Assembly (NCBI RefSeq): GCF_009914755.1
Contig: NC_060930.1
Origin: the human T2T-CHM13v2.0 reference genome, Homo sapiens
Strand: one strand, 5' to 3'
Length of the DNA stretch: 64,000 bases
Shown one piece after another: positions 13,180-25,420 of the stretch (the first letter of the stretch is position 1; every line of letters starts with the position of its first letter). The position numbers and the translations under genes are program-made. The notes beneath the pieces are model-generated. The model made no database searches, had not been told where the DNA came from, and worked only from the letters and a program-made list of their open reading frames with translations.

Positions 13180-13530
13180 TACCTTACCATGGATAGTGTA
13201 AAAAGATATTAGACTTATGGGTCAGAGGCAAAGGATTGTAATATTTATGGCAAAAGCAGTAGGCCAAATGTCAGCATGACGCTCATACTGCTTCCCCACT
13301 TCCCCATGTCCCTTGAGTTCCATAAGGGTAGTACAGTGCCTATGATGGATACCAGCACATGCAATGGGTTGTACTAACACAAAGAAACACTGATGTTGCA
13401 AGATTCATCATGTTTATAGTAAATGAAAGGATGCTTGTGCTTTGTCCAGGGAGAGATGCTCCCTTATCCCTCATGGTTGCTCCCTGCAAATATAACCCTA
13501 AGAAATGGCCAGGTAAAAAGCAGTCAGAGT

Positions 13531-13566
<36 letters not shown>

Positions 13567-13610
13567 ATACCCACCAATATTCTATGTTCATGACATCCAC
13601 TCTGCAGATA
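13180..13610 (-). mobile_element. ERVL-class solo LTR (LTR40-like) with internal poly(T) run 13535-13564
   Basis: gggtcagaggcaaagga, gcacatgcaatgggttg and aaccctaagaaatggccaggtaaaaagcagtcag resemble LTR40-family consensus. Confidence 0.55.
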
Positions 13611-13954
13611 AATTCAAGTCATCTTTCTTATCACTACTAAAACAATGGTTCTAAAATCCAAATATCACTCTACCAGGAATATTCACTCCATGTATTTTGT
13701 TACTTCAAAATCACTACCGCATAACTATGGGAAAAAAAATCTACGAAAAGAAATTCAAGAATTAACTTCTCAGGAAAAAAATGGCCTTATACTCTAACAA
13801 TGAATTTGGTGCTGAATCTTTGTTTCATGGGTTGTTTCATTAGAAGAGGTGCATATCTTTCTTAGACCTTATTTTATCATTTTAGAGTAGTGGTATAATG
13901 TTCTGAGTCTCTCACTAAACAAGGAGTTTTTTTTTTTTAATGCTATGTGCAATG

Positions 13955-14203
13955 AACATTTATTCAATGATTAGTAACTAACTGCAAGGCAGCATGCTAA
14001 AACTATGCATGGATTGCCTCATTTAATCTTCATAAATTCCTATGAGGTAGATAATGTTATTATGAGAATTTTACAGATGAGGAAAGCAAGGGTCACAGAG
14101 ATTAAACAACTTGATGAAGGTCTCTTAGATAGATGGTAATGAAGTCAAAATTTAAACTTAAGGTAGCTCCAGAGCCAGTTTTCTTGACAACTACATTATA
14201 CTC
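13955..14203 (-). mobile_element. MIR SINE (near full length)
   Basis: ctcatttaatcttcataa..cctatgaggtag..ttttacagatgaggaaa..ctccagagcc. Confidence 0.85.
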
Positions 14204-14209
14204 TCTCCT

Positions 14210-14330
14210 TTAGAGTACAAGAACCATTTCTCTGTTTTTGTATCTTCAACATCTAGCACAATGCCAGAATAGTAATGGATATTTTATTAATATCACAGGA
14301 TAAATACATGAATAAATAAATGAAGAGTTA
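14210..14330 (+). mobile_element. L2 3' end
   Basis: catctagcacaatgcc...catgaataaataaatgaa tail. Confidence 0.6.
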
Positions 14331-14609
14331 ATTAATGTATAACATTTTATCAGAATCCAAGCAAGAGTCTGAAATTCAAAAAATAATAAATACTGTATTT
14401 GAATCAAAACATTCATTCATAAAAGGGAAAATATAATATTTTTAAATTTGGGAGTATTGCCTTATAGATTATCAAGATTTGAAAGATTGCTGTTTCAATA
14501 AATATAAATGTCTTATGTTAAATAGATAAAATTCAAAATATAGCCATACAAAAAATGAGTGTGCAAAATTCCCTTTGCTTCTTCCCCCCAATATTTAGCA
14601 ATCTCAGAG

Positions 14610-14720
14610 ATGATGACCATAAGCGCCTAACAAAATACATCATCAGATTCCGCATCTGTAAAATGAGGATGATGAGCTATACAATCTCAAAGGTCTCTTC
14701 TACTCATCATTTATAATCCT
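14610..14720 (+). mobile_element. MIR/MIR3 fragment
   Basis: catctgtaaaatgagga...tctcaaaggtctcttc. Confidence 0.55.
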
Positions 14721-15790
14721 CTACTTAATTTATGTCATATGTTTTACTAGTGAACAGCATGTTTTCTTTTAGTTCCAGACTAATTTCCTTCTTTCTGTAA
14801 GTCTATAGACCAATGCTAATTGTCATGTCTAATCTATAGGCCAATTTGTAAGGAAGAAGAATCCATTGAGGACTTTGCAAAACATCCATAATCTGAAGAG
14901 GGTAGAGTGAGATACCTGCTGTGCCTGCACTGAAACAGCTGTTTCAAGAACCTTAAGCATCTGGGGAAGTCATCCAGAGAAAGGCCATCCACTGTGCTTT
15001 TGATCTCTCCACTTCAGGCACTGAAGCACTGCCTGCCCATATGCTTGGTGAGTCTCGCCTGTTAGACCCACGCCTAGGGCTAGCTTTTTCCCTTGTTTCT
15101 GCCCAGGAAATGGCACTACAGTGTTTCTAAAGTATAAGTGAAATAAAATTTCATTATGTTGGAGTTCTGTATAAAACCAAGGTTAGATAATATTACATTA
15201 ATTAGGCTGAGTAACTTGGCATTATGTTTTATAAGTGAACAGAATAAAAAATAAAATAGAAGTAATGGAAAAAGTTTAAAAACAAGTGTGCAGAACTGGA
15301 TGGTTTTTAAAATTCTTCCCAAATATTGTTTCTTTAATTCCAGTAAGAGTCCGCTGAGTATACCCATAACTACTTGCATTTTATAGATGAAGAAACTGAT
15401 TATCAGAAAGTTGCTTAGGAGCCTATAATTAGTAAATCCAAATCTCTTGTTACAAATGTCTTACCATTTTCCCCAATTGCACAACATTTTAACATGCCCC
15501 AGGAGAATACATGTACCCAAGACATATTTCACTTTCTAAAATAAAATGTATACATATACTGAAGGCAAATATTTTAATGAAATAATGAATTTGCATGGGT
15601 TGTCATTTAAAAGACAATTTTATGTAACATTTCTAAGTGTCCAAAGTTTTCTCCCAGAAGATACAATTTTATCGTTTTATTCTCTATCGGTGAAAATAGT
15701 TAATTAAGAATATGTTGAGCACTGATGATGCATACTGAACAAGAATTATTTGATTCATACAAAAATTACACTTAAAATTTTTTTTCTACT

Positions 15791-16513
<723 letters not shown>

Positions 16514-17349
16514 CTACTTTTCAAAGATTGTCACAATTGTAGTGCAGTTCAAACTGGATATATGATTTATGCACATTAAAAATCAAGTTACACGTTAGAT
16601 AATTATTTGGGTCCTTTATCTATGTTAAAGGTTTATTACATCTAGAGAATTATCAACAACAATACTATTTTCAAAATACTATTACCAGGAATACTATTTT
16701 CAAAATTCTGTTGTGGAATAAAATTTATACTATGTGAAAGCTCGATAATACTTGCTTGCCTCTTGTATCTTCTAGGAAAATGTTTATATATTAATATGAA
16801 AATCATATTGTATATAAAATATGGTAAAAAGTTTCACCATGGCAATGGATATTAGCTGAATACTTGATTTTTAACAGAATCTTATACTTGAATCATTTCG
16901 GACATACTTGGTATTAACAAACCAGAATCTCAATGAAAACTGCTTAAGAGAAGAGGAAATCTATTTTCTCAAATTTTAAATCCTGAGTAGATGATGCTTT
17001 AGTGTTTGTTTGTTTGGTTTTTTTTTCAACTTGTAAAAAGTGTCAACAAGTGCCTGATGTTTTTCAGTCTCTCTGCTCTTCCATCTGTAATTCTGACCTT
17101 AATCAAAGGCTGGCTTCTCTTCCATTTGCAGAACAAGCCATCAGGGAATCCATGCTTGTCTACCTCTGTGGCTGGGTTCTGGGGAGGTGGGCAGTGTTGG
17201 GAAGGAAAGCAGACATTTCTCCCTAAACCTATGAAAAAGTCTAGGATATCACTCTATCAGGACTAACTCATTTTTTTATTCCCATCTTTGTCTGAAACCA
17301 CTGATTGCTTACCTTAGTCTTCTTTTGTTCACTAATTCTATCTCAGATA

Positions 17350-17746
17350 AATAAAAAGCAGCATTTCCCAGATTTTACAGGCATATGACCACTGAGTTGC
17401 AAATAGAAGGTATTGGCTGGCTCCAAAATGTCATCAAAAGTGAAAAACTCCCTGACATGCATATTTTGCCCTTTGCACTTTCTTTTGTTCCTGGATGGAA
17501 GGTGGGGATGGTGCTAGATGTCGAGCTGCCAATCTAGGATTTTGAGGACACAAGTGTGAAAAATACTTTTTGGTAAGAATGGCTGAGGAAGGAAGAACAA
17601 GCTTACTATTATGATGAATTATAGAGCTGTTGTACCAGTACCAGAATGCCTAGCTCTACTCTTGTTACATGATGAAAAAACTGGTATTTGTTTATATTAC
17701 TATTATTTGTGTTCTCAGTTATGTGCAGCTGAATGCACTACCTGAC
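17350..17746 (+). mobile_element. MLT1J/I-like MaLR LTR
   Basis: Ends gttatgtgcagctgaatgcactacctgaca; internal gagctgttgtaccag..gaatgccta. Confidence 0.6.
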
Positions 17747-17749
17747 AAG

Positions 17750-18057
17750 TTTTCTTTTTGTCTTTTTTTTTTTTTTTAAACGGAGTCTCGCTTTGTCACC
17801 CAGGCTGCAGTGTAGCTGTGCGATCTTGGCTTACAGCAACCTCCGCCTCCCGGGTTCAAGCGATTCTTCTGCCTCAGCCTCCTGAGTAGCTGGCACTACA
17901 GGCGCATGCCACTATGCCTGGCTAATTTTTGTGTTTTTAGTAGAGATGGGGGTTTCACCATATTGGCCAGGCTGGTTTCGAACTCCTGACCTCGTGATCC
18001 TCCTGCCTCAGCCTCCCAAAGTGCTGGGATTACAGGCATGAGTCACCGTGCCAGGCC
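17750..18057 (-). mobile_element. AluS (AluSg-like), no visible TSD
   Basis: Dimeric Alu with ttggccaggctgg..tcgaactcctgacctcgtgatcc. Flanks cctgacaag / agagcaggtg do not match. Confidence 0.93.
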
Positions 18058-18370
18058 AGAGCAGGTGCACGGCCACCAGCAGGCGGCTCAAGCAGGAGCA
18101 GGGCCTGCTAACTGGGTCACCAGTAGACCAGAACCCACACGCATCCAGAGGCCCAACTTCTCCGGTGACCTGACGGTGTTTTCTTTGAATAGGTCACCCT
18201 ATCCAGGGAGAATGACGGAAACTGGTTGGCTTTTGTTTGTTCTGCTGCTTATCATTGTGGTAATTTGCTTATATAGATACGTTTTAAAATTAGGCCAATC
18301 ATGACCCACATAACAAAGACAATACAAATGCTAGAAAATGGGAGAAATCCAGATTCTATTAGAAAACAGG

Positions 18371-18569
18371 AACGACAGATATGATGAGATCTGCCGGCAC
18401 TGGGAAGGCGATGTCCTGGGTTACAAGTCTGTGGCTCAGATCGCCAAGCTCGAAAAGGCAAAGGCTAAAGAACTTGGCACTAAACTCGGTTAAATGTATA
18501 CTATTGAGTTTTCTGTACATAAAAATAATTGAAATAATACAAATTTTCCTTAAAAAAAAGAAAAAGAAA
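18371..18569 (+). pseudogene. RPL7A: Processed RPL7A pseudogene fragment (last 40 codons, 3'UTR, polyA)
   Basis: Translates [40 protein letters not shown], versus eL8/RPL7[41 protein letters not shown]. Followed by RPL7A 3'UTR ttgagttttctgtacataaaaataattgaaataatacaaattttcctt and an A tail. Confidence 0.95.
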
Positions 18570-18774
18570 TAATGGGTAGTGCCTCAAAAATGTCCATTAT
18601 AATGCCCATGTAAGGTAATTTATTTAACTGATTTTTATTTTTTTTAGTTTAATTATTATATTAATAATATTTTATTATTAAAAATAAACTATTTTAAAAT
18701 TACTGTTTATGTTTATTATTATTGTAAAAATGTGTGAAACTTCTTCATTGATAAATCATTATAAGAGTTTATGT

Positions 18775-18910
18775 TGGGAGACTGAAGTTGAAAGATTACT
18801 TGAGCCCAGGAGTTGGAGGCTGCTGTGTGCTGTGGCTGGGCTTATGAATAGTCACTGAACCCTAGCTGGGGCAATATAATGAGACCTCATCTCAAAAAAA
18901 AGAAAAAAAA
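18775..18910 (+). mobile_element. FAM fossil Alu monomer
   Basis: FAM-specific tgaatagtcactg segment, A tail, degenerate TSD aagagttt(a/c)tg. Confidence 0.8.
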
Positions 18911-18929
18911 GAGTTTCTGGTTTTTTTTG

Positions 18930-20230
18930 TTTTTTTAAAAATAAGTTGCTAGAAAGGGAATCACTAGCATAAATTGAATGCTATTAAAGATTAATATAGT
19001 TTGCCAAATTAATTTTCATAATGTCCGTTTCAATTTGAATTCCTAAGCGTAAGTGTATAAGAATGCTGATTCTGCAGGAGGATCACTTGAGCCCAGAAGT
19101 GCAAGGCCACAGTGAGCTATGATTGTGACACTGCACTACAGCCTAAGTGACAGAGCAAGACCCTGTCTCTAAAAAGGACAAAGAATACTTATTGAAAGCA
19201 CACTTAACATTATCACCATTTATTTCTGTCATAATATTTTGCCTAATTGCATATACAAAAAAAATATTATTTTAATTTCTTTGATTTAAACAAATATTTT
19301 AAATTTTATCTCCTTCTTGTGAACAATCAGTTTACTTCCTTAATTCATTTTCTAAGGATTTCATTGTCTTTGTCTAAGGATTTCCTTTGTCTTTTTTATA
19401 TATGCCAGATGTTTTCCCAGTTCCTTAACTTTATTTTAAAATTTGCTTCTACTATTCTAAATTACAAGATTTCAGTTTTGGTATAGTCCAAGCTTGTGAA
19501 GCATCTTTTGTTGTTTCTTACATAGCTTTTATATTTTTAAATTATAAGTCACTAAATATTTCTATTTTCTTCTACTAAGGTATTTTTTGAAAAATAGTCC
19601 ATTTCTGGTTTGCTTATTGTCTCTCTGAGTACTTGATTTATCTTCAACTAATTAAAAAAAATTTATTAACATAATCAACCTAAAGGAACTATAGAAAATA
19701 TTTTTCCACCATATTTAGGAAGATGTGTATTAAATTTTAATATTCCCTGCTTTCTAAGTAATATGAAATATAAATTTCCAAGTCCTCATTTAGCTCAATT
19801 GAATTTTACATTATGATGTTTTAAATCGTAATTAGTTTATATAAATTAATAAAGCATTTTATTCATTCCTCATGACACCTATTTTTGTTTCAGATCTATA
19901 GGTCTGAGAGCATATGTTTATTATTAAATTACTGGTTTATATTGTGGTCAAGTTATATTCCTCTATTTGGAATAATATTTTATAATTTGGTAAAAATTTC
20001 TTTGCAACCCAAAAGAAATATTGTTTGTAAATGTTGCGTGCAACTTTGAAAAAAATGTTTATTCTTAGTATCTTTTGAGGCATCGATAGATATCCAGACT
20101 GATATCTCTTAGATCAGTTCATAAATTGTGTTGGTTAAGTTTTCCATAATATTGAATGTTTACCTAGTAGATCTATTATTTTCTAGGATTTAAAATTTTC
20201 CTTATAATTTTGGTTTTATTTCATTTTGTT
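18930..20230 (-). mobile_element. Old L1M (L1ME-like) fragments
   Basis: T-rich antisense L1 motifs (ttgccaaatt, ttgtgttggttaagttttcc). Heavily decayed. Confidence 0.5.
19074..19180 (+). mobile_element. FRAM/AluJ right-arm fragment
   Basis: gcaggaggatcacttgagccc...agtgagctatgattg...gaccctgtctc. Degenerate TSD aagaatgctgatt/aagaatacttatt. Confidence 0.85.
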
Positions 20231-20280
20231 TTGATAGAAAACCATTTGATAGAAAATGTTTTTTTATTAAAAACTACCCT

Positions 20281-20930
20281 TGTGTTGACAGCTAATGTGA
20301 GACATTGACCGCGGTTCTTATCTTCTTAGTTTAAAAATCACACTTGGAGAAGAAAAAAAAAAGAATTTAAGCAAGAGACACGCAGCAAAGGAGATGCAGC
20401 ACAGAGTAATTTATTGCAAAAGCAAACTAATACTTTGAAAATTAACTGCAGAATAGACAGTACACCCTGAGAGAGGGAGAAGGATTCAGGGCAGACTGCT
20501 CCTAAGGATGAAACAGCAAAGATTTGAACTAGGGAGACTTCCTTTATGGGAGTCTCAGTTGATTATTCATAAGGGGGTGAAAAGGGGTGTTACTAGTAAG
20601 CACGTTCTGTGTGGTCCTCTGGGTGGCACATGCGCAGTAGCTGTACATATTTGTTCAGCCATCACACGTCTCATTTAAATCACAAATCTCCACCCAGGGG
20701 TGCTTTTTTTTTTTTTTTCTATCATAGTAAGCAAAGTGTCAGTCTGAGGACAGGTAAAATCAAAATGTGCAGGCTGTCTACAGGGGAAATTCCCTACTGA
20801 AGATAGCTTTGCTTGAATGAGCTTAACTGCAATGTGAATGCTGGGGTTTATTGTGTTAACTGTATGGACATTACGGTTGCTGGGTCCAGAGAACATGGTT
20901 ACTTCCTTAACCCCTAGACTGTCTCCCTTG
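20281..20930 (-). mobile_element. ERV1 (MER4-group) solo LTR, subfamily uncertain
   Basis: gcggttcttatcttcttagtttaaaa, antisense polyA signal tttattg, gcacatgcgcagtagc, aaatctccacccagggg. Confidence 0.7.
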
Positions 20931-22204
20931 TAGGTAATGTCATATTACAGGAGAGCAGGAGAAGATAAAATGCTATTTTTTTGGTAAAATTTTTATTCAA
21001 TTCCTCTTTCAAAACTGTGCTCACATAACATCTCTTCACATCTTTCATTGTGTTCATAACACATCAAAACTCTCACCAATATTATTTAAGACCTTAATTC
21101 TGAGAAGTTTACTTCTGAGACTCTCATGAAAGAATGCTCTCTTATTGGTGGACTTTGCTTATTAATATCAGGAATAACAAGGTGTATTTTGGTATAGCAT
21201 CTGGTTCAGGTAAACCTGATTATAAATGCATATTCTCATAAACAAATATACATACATTAAATATTGATTTAATATTTTCAAACCCAGTTATTTATCTTAG
21301 GTTTACCCCAAATATATGTTAAAAATTTGACTTGGTTTCTTAAATATTCAAATTAGTTACACATATTTATTTTAATCAGTCTGACTCATAGGCCAATTAC
21401 CAATGACAAACAGATGGAAGGCTTAGATTTAAGTCAATAGGCAATTTATTACTTTTACTATGAGGATTATACTATTCCTTTTTGAAGGACTGGAACACTC
21501 ATGTTTAGCATTCTTGGCATCCCAGCCTAGTATAAATGTGCAAGGGGCTGAATTCTAATCAGAAGATTTCATGAGGCGCACACACACAGCGATTAGGTTT
21601 TAACTTTTTCTAAGCTTAATGATTGTTTTTTCCCTGTGAGAATGCTCTGGTCACCTTGATTAGATTTGAGGGATATCCGCATATAGAGATGGTTCCTTTG
21701 GATGAAATATGCCCAGCATAGCCGCTCTCAACTATTATATCTTGATTTTTTCCATGTTTTCCATTCAGTGGCTAATCTTTTATAGAAATTAAAGGGACAC
21801 ATCTTTCTAACTTGGTCTCAAAATTCTCACTTATCGATAAGTTTTAAGTCTTGCTTATGTCCTTGAGCTGCTATGAATAAATCAGAACCATGTGCAATGT
21901 TTTTTGACCTGCAACTGTCCTTTAATAAGCAGTTGTACACAATTACATGCTTTTAATATAGATTTTTAGTTTACAACCCTGTTAAAACATATAAAGGCAT
22001 TACTGATTAAATGAAAGTAGAAAACACATTTAATATATACATTTTAAATTCTAAATTATAAAAATGGTGGGTTCCTTGATCATAATTTTATACCCAATAT
22101 TATATAATTCTATGTTTGTGATTGTATAATTTTATAATTCTAAATAGTAGCCTTGTGAATCTTCAAGACTTAAATATTTTATGTATAGGAACTTCTTTTA
22201 TTCT

Positions 22205-22345
22205 TATGTTATTTTACAGAAAAAAAAACAAGTCAGAGAGAAATAAAATGACTGGCCTAGGTCATAAATCTAGTAAAAAATGGATCAAGGATTCAAATCT
22301 GAGCAGTCTTGTTCCAGTGTCCTCTGTGTTATCCTGGAACTTGTG
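22205..22345 (-). mobile_element. MIR SINE
   Basis: attttacaga..cagagag..tgactggcctaggtcata..ggattcaaatc..cagtct. Confidence 0.7.
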
Positions 22346-22614
22346 GTAATACATAGTAAAAAACAAGAAACTGAACTACATGTATTACCCACGAAGAGGA
22401 AGAGAACTTTATCTTATAGATATAGGAATCTAAGGAAAATAAAATATATTGTCCTGGGAGTAGAATGGTAGCACACTAGGCAAGGGCAGTGTTTTTACAA
22501 AATAAACATAAAATTAAAATTTAATAGTCTATTTCTTTCTACTACTTATTAGTATAGCATAATTTTTCTCTTATTTATTGAAAAATATAGATAAATCTGT
22601 TTGTAAGAATTCCC

Positions 22615-22960
22615 ACAATTACTTCTATCATTGAATATTTTTTCCTGGAAGCTTTAAACAATACTCAAGAAAAAACCTAATAAGACAAACAGCTATTTGA
22701 AATAAAGAGGGAAACTATCACTATTATTTTCAGAAGTTATTATGTTAAAAAAATCTCTCTTCCAAGAAATTCAATTAAAACACTGTTTGAATAAAAAAAA
22801 ACCTCACTTGAAAATAAAGTGGGAATACTTCCACTTATAGTAGCAACAGAAAATATAAAATACCTATTAATAAATTGTTTTAAATGAAGATTTCAAAAAA
22901 CATTATAATTTTTTCTTAGAAAATAAAGTAGACAGATAACTGGATATGTGTACCTAATAA
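22615..22960 (+). mobile_element. Old L1M ORF2 fragment
   Basis: A-rich decayed RT-region motifs, continuing at ~23680-23900. Confidence 0.5.
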
Positions 22961-22974
22961 TAGATCGTATGTCT

Positions 22975-23600
22975 CTGTTAGTCACTAAGCATATATTTAC
23001 TGAGTAATCAGTACATGGCAGGTACTCTACTGATAAAATGTGTGAGCCAAAACATTGTCTGCACACAACTTACAGTTGAGCTGTAGAAAGAGATTAGTAA
23101 TGTGCCATTCTAAAAGTTATTATATAATAGAAGAGTGTAACTAAGTGAGGAAGATCATAAAAATTATCCCAAGAGAGAAACAAGATACCTCAGGTCTAAA
23201 GTTGAAGAGGTTCCCAGCTGCAGATTGGGAGTGGTAAAGTGTTCTAGGCAGAGGAACCCTGCTGATAAAGACCCTGACTGTGCTGGAAAATTAGCACTTG
23301 TAAGTGAAAAAATCCCGTGGAGTTAAAATACAGTAAGCAAATGGAAGTACACTACAATGTGAAACTGTGATGGTGGGTACATGCCAGATAATATTAGTAC
23401 TCGTCAGATATGTTAAAGATGTATTCCTGAGAGCCAAAGGAGGCCATTATAGCATTTTGGGTGGGGATGGGATAAGGATTCAGGGAAGTCAGAAAAAAAT
23501 CAGACAAGAAAGGAGATCCAAAACGTGCAGTCAGAGATGATACTCAGGTTTCTAGCTAGAATAGTGTCATTTAGTGAGATAGAAATACTGGAAAAACAAC
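22975..23600 (-). mobile_element. L2 LINE
   Basis: tatttactgag, gttctaggcagaggaac, gaggccatt, gatgatactcaggtttctagc. Confidence 0.7.
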
Positions 23601-23904
23601 AACAACAACAACAACAAAACTCTCTCTCTCCATCTATCTATCTGCCCTCATTGGAGTTTAGTGTGTGATATAGTTGCAATTTTCAGTGGTGAGGAAAGAC
23701 ATAATTATTCAATGAGTGGTGATACGACAGATGTCTAACTGTGGGGAAATTTTAAAATAGACCATAATTTCAAAACTTTTAACAAGATGAATTTAAAATA
23801 TATTAAATATTTAAATATCCTCAAACATTAAAATTTATTAAGAAAGTTATGATAATTTACCAAATAAAAGTTAAAATATTATTGAATTAGGAAATATTCT
23901 GGTT

Positions 23905-24470
23905 ATTAAGGTATTGATCTCATCTTCAAACTGACCCTCCTGTGCCGGGCTTTTTGAGGCTGGGGTTGGAACTTTGCAAAACTCTCTTCTTTGATAGCTG
24001 GTTCCTGTTATTCTTCCAGTAGGAGTTCTTCCAATAGAAGGAAGCTGTCTGAGGAAAAAGGACATGCTACATCTATCTGATTCCTATTCCTGTCACAATC
24101 ACCACAACACCACTTCACCCTGGAAGCAGTAGAGCTGATTGGAGGAGCAGCAGCTGATTCCAGTTTGCAGTCTTTCCACATACATGGAAGTCATATTCTG
24201 GCATCTCGCAGGTAGCACTAGAAAGCATCGCTCCTTAGAGAGCTGAGTCTCAGATTCACAGGATTCCTCCTCCAAACTTGTCAATTTGAATAATTCCAAC
24301 CTGGTCTTTTTGTACTCCAGTCTTACAGGTGGCAGCTGCTTCTTTCTGTGATAGCCTAGTGCCTCCTTTTTGTCTTTCTAGTTCTCTAAGACCCAGTTTA
24401 CAATTTTTAAATCAAAACTCTGTTCAATAATCTGATGAAGTTTCTATATTTTGACTAGAGCGACTGATAA
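23905..24470 (+). mobile_element. LTR33-like ERVL solo LTR
   Basis: gaggctggggttggaactttgcaaa..gctggttcctgtta..ccaatag; 3' end tttgactagagcgactgata. Confidence 0.7.
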
Positions 24471-24519
24471 AGAAGTGTTTTTAACTGTGATAACCATTAA
24501 AGAAACATTAAAATAATTA

Positions 24520-25140
24520 CAGATTTGTTGTTGATGCTTGTTAGAAAACTGTCCAATGTTCTACAGGAACTTAATCTTTGTCAAGCACTTCTCTAAGTGA
24601 TGGGAGTGAAAAAGGCAGGTGGATCATTGACCTTAGTAGCTTACATGACAATAGGGATGGAGTGTGAGAGTTAAGTTCTAAACACATAAGCAAGTCCCTG
24701 TTGATAAGTGCTTTGATAAAGACGTAAATGAGTGATATACTAGAGTTGCAACTAGTATCAATAGAGTTGATGTTATTAAAATAACAGAAAGAAAAATCTG
24801 CGTTCCTGCGTGGGCGGGAGCGGGGGCGGGGGGAGGGGGCGGGAAGAAGGAGGAGTAGGAGAGGAGGAAAGTGGAAAGAAATAAGATTAGAGAAAGCTGA
24901 AATCAGATCATGTAGGTTATTTTAGTCCTGAAAAGATGTTTTTATTATACTCTAGTTACACTGAGAGCACTGTGGAGTTTATGCTGCAAATGATATGATC
25001 TTATTTATTTATTTAAAAGGTAAGTCTGCCTGCAGCGTAATGTCGGTCCTGATGGCCAGTATTAGGGCAGGGATGGAGCCAACAGGACAGTCAGAACAGT
25101 TAAGTTCCTGGAATAGCTCAAAGATGATGGTGACATTTAT
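24520..25140 (-). mobile_element. L2 LINE fragment with internal G-rich tract
   Basis: cagatcatgtagg, gagcactgtggagttt, gatatgatc motifs. Confidence 0.55.
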
Positions 25141-25275
25141 TAAGGGAGCATACATTTATTCACTGAAAATTTGTATGTACTAACTAAACACCAAGGTTTA
25201 TGTACAAGAATGTTCACAGAAGCATATTTTAAATTGAAGGAGGGGGCCTAATATTTGAAAATAAAACATTGAAGC

Positions 25276-25420
25276 GTCGGACGCGGTGGCTCACGCCTGT
25301 AATCCCAGAACTTTGTGGGTCCAAGGCAGGTGGATCATTTGAGGTCAGGAGTTCAAGACTAGTCTGGCCAACATGGTGAGGCCTTGTCTCTACTTAAAAA
25401 AAAAAAAAAAAAAAAAAAGA
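25276..25420 (+). mobile_element. Alu left monomer with A tail
   Basis: cgcggtggctcacgcctgtaatccc...gtctctact followed by polyA; no right arm. Confidence 0.9.

Noticed and set aside
16875-16995. Faint collinear similarity to U3 snoRNA 5' half (tatactt, atcatttc, gaaaac, ttttctc, tcctgag)
   Set aside because: Only short scattered words match in AT-rich DNA. An Infernal search with the U3 model would be needed and I cannot support the call.
18212-18572. Chain of short ORFs linked by ATGA stop/start overlaps (18301, 18381)
   Set aside because: It looks like prokaryotic translational coupling, but the context is primate retroposed DNA and the third ORF is an off-frame RPL7A reading. Treated as chance.
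21360-21810. Possible old LTR on the minus strand
   Set aside because: It has LTR-like composition and tttatta, but no terminus or consensus match that I can support.
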